Origin: an uncultured Acidobacteriota bacterium
GTDB lineage: Bacteria > Acidobacteriota > Thermoanaerobaculia > Multivoradales > UBA5704
Assembly (NCBI GenBank): GCA_963770895.1
Contig: CAVYRF010000001.1
Location: 1,312,001-1,376,000 of the forward strand
DNA length: 64,000 nucleotides
Direction of reading: 5' to 3'
Numbering within the stretch: the stretch's first letter is position 1; every line of letters begins with the position of its first letter. Shown in pieces: positions 57,675 to 64,000 of this stretch. The position numbers were made by a program, and so were the translations under genes. The notes beneath the pieces were generated by a model. It was not told the origin of the DNA. It saw nothing but the letters and a program-made list of their open reading frames with translations, and searched no databases.

Positions 57675-58730
57675 ATGAACCCAGGGCGTTTCCTGTTTGC
57701 TGGCATTCCAGGTGGTCACCTCGACCGCGCCACAGCGAAGCTGCTGAGTGCGGAGCCTCCGGGCGGCATCGTGCTGTTCGCCCGCAACATTGAATCCGCC
57801 GAGCAGCTGACCGACCTGGTGGGAGAGCTGCGCCGCAGCGTTCCCGGCGCGGTCATCGCGATCGATGCGGAAGGCGGCCGCGTCGATCGGCTGAAGGCAG
57901 TGGTGGGGCCGGCTCCAGGCGCCTCGCTCCTCGCCCGCCATCCGCCGGCGGCGTCCAACCTGGCGGGGCACTGGATCGCCCAAGCCCTGCGCCTGTTCGA
58001 CATCGACCTCGACTTTGCGCCGGTGGTCGACCTCGACTACGGCGAGCGCGACAACGCCCTCGACGGCCGCTACCTGGGCGGACGGGTGCCGGCCGTGCTG
58101 CAACGCGCCCGCGCCTTCCTGCGCGGCCTGCAGAGCAGCGGCGTGGGCGGTTGCCTCAAGCACTTTCCTGGCCTGGGCGGCGCCACCGCGGACACCCATC
58201 ACCAGACGTCGGTGGTGAACCTGAGCCGCCAGGCGCTGGATGCCGATCTGCGCCCCTTCGAAGCCCTGCTGCCGGTCACCGGCGCGGTCATGGTCGGCCA
58301 CGCGGTGTATCCCGCTTTGGACACCAGACAGCGCCCTGCCAGCCTTTCTCCAGAGATCATCGGCGATCTGCTGCGCGCCCAGCTGGCCTTTGACGGCCTG
58401 GTGCTGAGCGACGACCTGGAGATGCAAGCCCTGGCGTCGCAGGGCGACCTGCCGACGCGCGCCGAAGCGGCGTTTGCCGCCGGTTGCGACGCCCTGCTGG
58501 TCTGCGAAACGACCGCCGCCCTGCCAGACATCGCCGCGCGCCTGGCGCGCCCGCGACACGCCAAACGCCGCGCCGAAGCCGACCGTCGCCTGGCCGAGCA
58601 CCGCCAGCGCCTGCGCACCCTGCGCTGGACCGGCGACGCCGGCAACCTGGTGCGCGGCCGCTCCCGTGCCACCCAGGTGCAGGTCGTCAAGAACGGTCTC
58701 GCCGGCCTGGTCGCCAACCTGCAAGCGTAG
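57675..58730 (+). CDS. nagZ: Beta-N-acetylhexosaminidase (GH3)
   Basis: GG..LF.RN, D.EGG.V.R, APVVD, KHFPGLG....DTH, SDDLEM. Confidence 0.9.
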   Translation: MNPGRFLFAGIPGGHLDRATAKLLSAEPPGGIVLFARNIESAEQLTDLVGELRRSVPGAVIAIDAEGGRVDRLKAVVGPAPGASLLARHPPAASNLAGHWIAQALRLFDIDLDFAPVVDLDYGERDNALDGRYLGGRVPAVLQRARAFLRGLQSSGVGGCLKHFPGLGGATADTHHQTSVVNLSRQALDADLRPFEALLPVTGAVMVGHAVYPALDTRQRPASLSPEIIGDLLRAQLAFDGLVLSDDLEMQALASQGDLPTRAEAAFAAGCDALLVCETTAALPDIAARLARPRHAKRRAEADRRLAEHRQRLRTLRWTGDAGNLVRGRSRATQVQVVKNGLAGLVANLQA

Positions 58731-58805
58731 CCCGAACCCGACCGCGCGGCGCCGGGCCTTCGTTCCCGCACTCGGAGCCGCCTGCAATGCCGAGACGGTG
58801 CTGAT

Positions 58806-61800
58806 CTACGGCGGCGGAGCCGACGGGATCACGGTGAAGGTGGCGGTATTGGACGACTGGCCGCCGTAATTGACGACTTTGACCTGCCAGGTGCCGACAG
58901 TGCCGCTGTCGAGGAGGCCGTACCGCCACTCGGTAGGGCTGACCGCGTAGCCCCAGTCGGAGGAGCTTGTGGACACGAGCCCGTCAGGGTCGGTGAACAG
59001 GAGGTATCCACCGATCGAGAAGTTGCTGCCGGTGATGACAAGCGTGTAGCGAATGGTCGTGGAAGCGGGTACGGTGGCAGGTGAGACGCTGCTGATCGAC
59101 GGCGGTAGCCCCGACCCGGTTACCAGGAAGGTGCCGAAATCGGACACCTGCCCGTCGGCGTTGACCACCTGCACCGACCAGAAACCACCCTCGCCGCCGT
59201 TGTCGAGGTCGTAGACCCATTGCGTCGAGGTGACCGAGACGATGCGGCCGGGATCGGAGGCGCTCGAGCTTTGAAGCCCGAAGGGATCCGTGAAGAGGAG
59301 GTATCCACCGCTGGTCGAGAAGTTGCTGCCGGTGACGGTGAGGGGCGCGCTGGTGGAGGCGGGCATTGTGGCGGGTGAGACGTTGCTGATCGACGGCGGC
59401 GGAGCCGTCACCAGGAAGCTGCCGGTATTCGACGCCTGCCCATCGGCGTTGACCACCTGGACCTGCCAGGTTCCGGCGATGCCGCCGTTGTCGACGTCGT
59501 AGACCCACTGCGTCGAGGTGACCGAGACGGTGCGTTCGGGATGGGCGGTGCTCGAGTCTTGGAGCCCGTTGGGATCGATGAACAGGAGGTACCCATCGCT
59601 GGTCGAGAAGTTGCTGCCGGTCACGGTGAGGGTGTTCAGCGCGGTGGTAGAAGCTGGCATGGTGGCGGGCGAGACGTTGCTGATCGACGGCGAGCCCTGC
59701 ACCTGAAAATCGAGGACGTTTGAGACCGTCCCATCTGGATTCGTAACCTGGGCGCTCCAGGTTGCATCGTTGGGTCCGAGGTTCTCGCCAAGCGTCAACT
59801 GGCCGCTGCTCACGAAGTTTGTCGTCGCGACGATGGCTGGGGATTCAGTGGTGAGGTTTGCCAGCGTCACGGTCGCCCCCGCCGCGAAGCCGCTGCCCTG
59901 CACAGTCAAAGTCTGCTGCGCGTCGACCGTAGGTACCGGATGCGGCAGGATGGCCGTGATCACCGGCGCCGGCGCACTGCTGTTGAGCACTCCAACGGTT
60001 ACGGCATTGGTGGAAGCGTATGGAGCCACCTGGCTGATCGCATCGACGCTCCACAGGCGCCCAAAGATCTGGTGGCTACCGATATCGCCGACCGTTGGCG
60101 TCCAGGTGGCGGCTCCGGCGAGGCCTTGGGCATCGCCTTGTGCCACGGGAGACAGCTGAGGTTGTCCAGAGTAGCTGGCAAGGAAAACCGCCGAGCCCGG
60201 CGCGACGTTCTGATTGGCGGTGAGACCGAGCTGGAAGCTGTCGCCCAGCGACACATCCGCTTGGTCAGGCGCCGCCGCGACGGTTACGGTAGGAGCTTGC
60301 AGCAGAGGCGTTTTCAGGTCGAACAAGCTCAAGGGTCCCGCGAACTCGGTATTGACGCCGATCACGTTCAGCAGGTCGTGCAGGGCGCCGGAGGCGATCG
60401 AAGCTTCCAGATCTCCCGAAAGGCCGACGCCGAGCGACCAATCCGGCCCGGTGTAGGACGGATCGGTGCTGTCGAGTGGCAAGGGAAAATCGATGTCGAA
60501 GTAGCCGTAACCCTTGACTTCGAAAAAGGGGGCGTCGAGCAGTTGCGTGCTGAAGATAGTGCCGGGCTCTCCCAGGTACACGCCAAGGCCGAAAGCGAGC
60601 GATGCATAAGCATCTACCTGGGCGCTGAAGCCGCCATTGCCGGCAGCGAGGGACGCCGGCGCGAGGGCGCCGTTCCATGACTCGTCTCCGACAGACGCCC
60701 ATCCTCGCCCCTTGGTATAGGCGACGCCGGCGGTAATGCTGCCGCCCAGCGAGCCCGACGGTCCATTGATACGAAGGCTGGGCGTGTTGAAGCTGGCCGT
60801 GCCCTCCACTCCGAGCGTCGGTGTGAGGTCGAGAGTGGCGGTGAAGATGCCAAAGGGAAATACCGGTAGCGGCAGGGTTGCAGGCGAGAGGGAGCAGGCG
60901 ATGCTCCCCGTCACGCCGCTACCCAGGGTCAATGAGCCGGTATTCACGCCGATGGTGACCTCACCGACAGCGCCGATCGAGAGGTCCGTTATCTCGCCGA
61001 TGCCAGCAGGCAAATCTTGCGGCGCCACGTTGCATGTGATGAATGGTGAAATGCTGGTGGATTGTTCGATCGACGCGCCGGTCAGGGTCACCAGCGGTGA
61101 CAGGTTGCCGTCGACCTTGCATGACGCGGGATCGAGCGAGTCCTGGGCCACGATTCGACCTGTCGGCACCTTTCCGGCCGGGGAGCTCGCCTGGCGACTG
61201 CGAAGATGTTTCCCCGCGTGGCTAACCTGCCCCACCAGGCCCATGGTGAGCTGGCTGAAGGCTTCTACGAGACTGGCCGGTGTCACACCGAGGACGACCT
61301 GCTGGCCGTCCGAGGTGACAACGGTTGACACGCGCGCAAGGACTCCTGACCGATCGCCACTTGCCAGGACGTCGCCGGCCACGATTGAGCGCGTCTGTGA
61401 GGTGGACCTCAGGGTGACGGTGACACTCGAAGTGCCGAGCACGTCGCTGCTCGACAGCAAGACGGTGTTCGGCGTGGGAGTGGCCAACAGGATCAGCGCA
61501 TCAGCTTCGACGTCGCCGTAGTTGGCTCGAATGACCGCCGAGGCGGGCGGCGAGGCGACCGCCTTGACCACCGCCGTTGTCGGGCCTGACGACGTGACGG
61601 TGACGAGACCGGCATCCGATGAGGTCCAGGTCACGACAGCGCCGGGAATGGCCTGGCCGCTGGCCGAAAGCACTTGGACCGCCAAGGAGGCTGCGTCTCC
61701 TGGGGCTGCAAGAGCCAGCGACCGGTCGCTGGTGAAGGCGATTTGAGGAGGTCCGGCAAGAGCGCAGCCGCTCAAGGCGGATGTGTCGGTGACGGCCGCA

Positions 61801-62717
61801 GCCGAGGTGCCGAGTGCGTTGTCGTAGGTTTTCACCTCGCCGGTAAACGTGTCCGTTACCTGCAGCTCGTACTGGACGTTCGTGGTCGCGGCGGCGAATA
61901 CCCAGAACTGTTGGTTGAGATCACAGCCGTTGACGATCTTGACCAGCATTTCCCAGTCGGACGGATCGAAGAACCAGAACAGGCCGGAGTCGTCGGATGC
62001 CAGCGGCACGACCTGGCCCTGGCCCGAGTTGCCCTGGAAATCCTTCCAGTTGACGGCGACCTTGAACCGGCCGCCTGCGAGGCACATCTGGTTGGGGCCC
62101 GCGGAACAGGTGGCCTGCGAAACGAACGTCTGCAGATGCTCAGCGCGGACAAGGCGATCCCTGGCGCTCTCCACGGGAGCCTGGTGCCGAGTGGCGGGCA
62201 CGCCGTCTGTCCTGGCCGAGGCGTCACAGGTGGCGAAGGCGCTGGTGTCAGTGATCGCAGGAGCCGACGTGCCGAGCAGGTTCTGGTAGGACCTGGTTGT
62301 GCCGGTCACCGTGTCGGCCACGGATAACGTGTAGGCAACGTTGGTGGTGGCGGCAGCGAACACCCAGAACCGCTGGTTGAGAGCGCATCCGTCGATTATT
62401 TTGACCAACATTTCCCAGTTGTCGGAATCAAAAAACCAGAAGAGGCCAGAGTCGTCTGCACCGGCGGGAACGACTTCACCAAGGCCTGTTTGTTGCTGAA
62501 AGTCCTGCCACGTGACCGTCACCTGAAAGCGCCCGCGATCGAGGCACAGGACGGTGGGTCCAGGAGTACATGCCAACAGTCCGCTGGTGGGCTGGGCCTC
62601 GGCGATAGGCGATGTCGGAGGCAAGGTGGATTTGGCTGGTTCACTCGCTCCGACGGAGCGCGCGCGAAACATCAACATCAGTGGCAAGACAAGCAGGAGG
62701 CGCCAGGTTCTGGTCAT
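58806..62717 (-). CDS. Large secreted/surface protein: two Cys-containing lineage-type domains, an Ig-like domain and C-terminal IPT/TIG-like repeats
   Basis: Signal peptide; two 'CL..GRF.V.V.W...SGLFWFF...WEMLVKI..GC..N..FWVFAAATTNV' units; VTWTSSD Ig-like domain; 'PSISNVSP...LTVTGSNF' repeats. Confidence 0.85.
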   Translation of the reverse strand: MTRTWRLLLVLPLMLMFRARSVGASEPAKSTLPPTSPIAEAQPTSGLLACTPGPTVLCLDRGRFQVTVTWQDFQQQTGLGEVVPAGADDSGLFWFFDSDNWEMLVKIIDGCALNQRFWVFAAATTNVAYTLSVADTVTGTTRSYQNLLGTSAPAITDTSAFATCDASARTDGVPATRHQAPVESARDRLVRAEHLQTFVSQATCSAGPNQMCLAGGRFKVAVNWKDFQGNSGQGQVVPLASDDSGLFWFFDPSDWEMLVKIVNGCDLNQQFWVFAAATTNVQYELQVTDTFTGEVKTYDNALGTSAAAVTDTSALSGCALAGPPQIAFTSDRSLALAAPGDAASLAVQVLSASGQAIPGAVVTWTSSDAGLVTVTSSGPTTAVVKAVASPPASAVIRANYGDVEADALILLATPTPNTVLLSSSDVLGTSSVTVTLRSTSQTRSIVAGDVLASGDRSGVLARVSTVVTSDGQQVVLGVTPASLVEAFSQLTMGLVGQVSHAGKHLRSRQASSPAGKVPTGRIVAQDSLDPASCKVDGNLSPLVTLTGASIEQSTSISPFITCNVAPQDLPAGIGEITDLSIGAVGEVTIGVNTGSLTLGSGVTGSIACSLSPATLPLPVFPFGIFTATLDLTPTLGVEGTASFNTPSLRINGPSGSLGGSITAGVAYTKGRGWASVGDESWNGALAPASLAAGNGGFSAQVDAYASLAFGLGVYLGEPGTIFSTQLLDAPFFEVKGYGYFDIDFPLPLDSTDPSYTGPDWSLGVGLSGDLEASIASGALHDLLNVIGVNTEFAGPLSLFDLKTPLLQAPTVTVAAAPDQADVSLGDSFQLGLTANQNVAPGSAVFLASYSGQPQLSPVAQGDAQGLAGAATWTPTVGDIGSHQIFGRLWSVDAISQVAPYASTNAVTVGVLNSSAPAPVITAILPHPVPTVDAQQTLTVQGSGFAAGATVTLANLTTESPAIVATTNFVSSGQLTLGENLGPNDATWSAQVTNPDGTVSNVLDFQVQGSPSISNVSPATMPASTTALNTLTVTGSNFSTSDGYLLFIDPNGLQDSSTAHPERTVSVTSTQWVYDVDNGGIAGTWQVQVVNADGQASNTGSFLVTAPPPSISNVSPATMPASTSAPLTVTGSNFSTSGGYLLFTDPFGLQSSSASDPGRIVSVTSTQWVYDLDNGGEGGFWSVQVVNADGQVSDFGTFLVTGSGLPPSISSVSPATVPASTTIRYTLVITGSNFSIGGYLLFTDPDGLVSTSSSDWGYAVSPTEWRYGLLDSGTVGTWQVKVVNYGGQSSNTATFTVIPSAPPP
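58815..59695 (-). repeat. Three intragenic 294-bp (98-aa) tandem repeats
   Basis: gctgatcgacggcg recurs at 59091, 59385 and 59679. Confidence 0.85.
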
Positions 62718-62851
62718 TTACATTCGCATTCAAACGCAGCGAGCGGTGGGGGGCCAAAGCGGCAGCCGAGTCGCCCTCTTGCATGCGACTGGCGCATGAG
62801 ATTAGCAGTGCTGGCTCCCGTCGGAGTCCCCCCGGCTCTGCCGGCGGATAC

Positions 62852-64000
62852 TTACTGATTGCCGGAGGTGCCGTTGCCGCCCGGTGCCGGCGCCGGCGGC
62901 GTGCCGGCCGCGGCGGCGGGGTCGTTGGGCTGCTTGCCCAGGGCCAGGTCGGTGGGGCTGGGCAGCTGGGTGTCCTGCCAGCCGCCGCCCAGCGCTTCGA
63001 TGAGCTGGACGGAGCTGGTCATCTCCTGGATGCGCAGGTTGAGGGCGGTCTGCTGGTTGCTCAACACCGTCGTCTGGGCGGTGATCACGTTCAAGTAGGG
63101 ATCGATGCCCAGCTTGTAGCGATCGGTGGCGACGGTCAGCTGGCGCTGGGCGGATTTGACCGCGGCGTCCTGCTTGGCGACCTCCTGCGCCAGCAGGCGC
63201 ACCGAAGCCAGGTTGTCCTCGACCTGCTGGAAGGCGGTCAGCGCGGTCTGCCGGTAGTTTGCCACCGCCTCTTCCCACTGGGCGCGATACTGCGCCACCG
63301 TCGCCTTGCGCAGGCCGGCGTCAAACAGGGTTTCCGCCAGCGAGGCGCCGATCGACCAGAAGCGGCTCGGCCAGGTGAGCCAGCTGGCCAGGCGGGACGC
63401 CTCGAAGCCGGCGCCGCCGGTGAGCGTCAGGGTGGGGAAGTAGGCCGCCTGGGCGACGCCGATCTGGGCGTTGGCCTGGGCCACCAGCCGCTCGTTGGCG
63501 GCGATGTCGGGGCGCCGTTCGAGCAGCGTCGACGGCACGCTCACCGGCACCGCCGGCGCATTCGGATTGAGGGCCTGGCTGGGCAGCGAGAAGCTGGAGG
63601 CCGGCTGCCCCACCAGCACGGCGATCGCGTGCTCCAGCTGGGCGCGGGTGATGCCCACCCCGACGTCCTGCGCCTCGGTCGCCTCCAGCTGGGTTTCCGC
63701 CTGCGCCACCGCTTCGTCCGAATCGATGCCGGTTTCGTACAGGGCGCGCGTCAGCTCGAGCGACTGGCGGTAGGCGACGACCGTCGAGTCGAGCAGCTCC
63801 TTCATCGAATCTTCGCCGCGCAGCTGGAAGTAGTCGGCCGCCAGCTCCGCCTGCAGCGACAGCCTGGTGTTGGCCAGATCGGCGGCGCTGGCCTGGGCCG
63901 CGGCGACGTTGCCCGCGACGGTGTTGCGGACGCGCCCCCACAGGTCCGGCGACCACGTGGCATCGATCGGCAGCGTGTAGGTGGTGACGCGCGCGCCGGC
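62852..64000 (-). CDS. Second RND outer-membrane factor (NodT/OprM family), 5' end outside window
   Basis: LLERRPDIAA.ER, ANAQIGVA.AAYFP, ALGGGW; frame stays open to the window edge. Confidence 0.9.
   Translation of the reverse strand, partial: AGARVTTYTLPIDATWSPDLWGRVRNTVAGNVAAAQASAADLANTRLSLQAELAADYFQLRGEDSMKELLDSTVVAYRQSLELTRALYETGIDSDEAVAQAETQLEATEAQDVGVGITRAQLEHAIAVLVGQPASSFSLPSQALNPNAPAVPVSVPSTLLERRPDIAANERLVAQANAQIGVAQAAYFPTLTLTGGAGFEASRLASWLTWPSRFWSIGASLAETLFDAGLRKATVAQYRAQWEEAVANYRQTALTAFQQVEDNLASVRLLAQEVAKQDAAVKSAQRQLTVATDRYKLGIDPYLNVITAQTTVLSNQQTALNLRIQEMTSSVQLIEALGGGWQDTQLPSPTDLALGKQPNDPAAAAGTPPAPAPGGNGTSGNQ

Noticed and set aside
54839-58787. Long antisense and alternate-frame ORFs over mutS and nagZ
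   Set aside because: Shadow ORFs caused by the scarcity of stop codons at high GC.
1-64000. tRNA, rRNA, integrase, transposase, reverse transcriptase or prophage genes
   Set aside because: None recognised by eye; small ncRNAs could have been missed without a covariance search.

Overview
High-GC bacterial window. The gene content suggests Acidobacteriota, probably Thermoanaerobaculia-like (inference): an ADOP-type orphan permease, a 'PAATLLLPYFEVD' secreted protein, 'LCL..GRF..FWFF..NWEMLVK' domains and zinc-finger-TPR / TPR(-CHAT) proteins. Left to right it holds: an amidohydrolase 3' end; a nucleotidyltransferase with a small partner ORF; a stand-alone 3-module NRPS (T-C-A-T-C-A-T-C-A-T-TE); transport and aminotransferase genes; an orphan VapB; an mdtABC-OMF RND operon whose mdtB and mdtC carry many frameshifts; a secreted peptide + ZAS-TPR + HTH module; glycosyltransferases; msrA; a DUF465-psd-pssA-Asd-like operon; an accessory island (orphan lanthipeptide-like precursor, gene fragments, CHAT-less TPR, papain-like protease); a tsaB-rimI fusion; mutS; nagZ; a large repeat-containing surface protein; and a second OMF. 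The best leads are: (1) the peptide/ZAS-TPR/HTH module as a possible peptide-signalling circuit; (2) two 168-bp CTAG-bounded palindromic elements with co-varying arms, each sitting on a gene's stop codon; (3) an unannotated RiPP precursor; (4) an NRPS that starts with an ACP-like domain and has an unusual third A-domain pocket; (5) an Asd-fold protein lacking catalytic residues; (6) recurrent leaderless-mRNA promoter geometry. All calls come from reading motifs by eye; no database searches were run.
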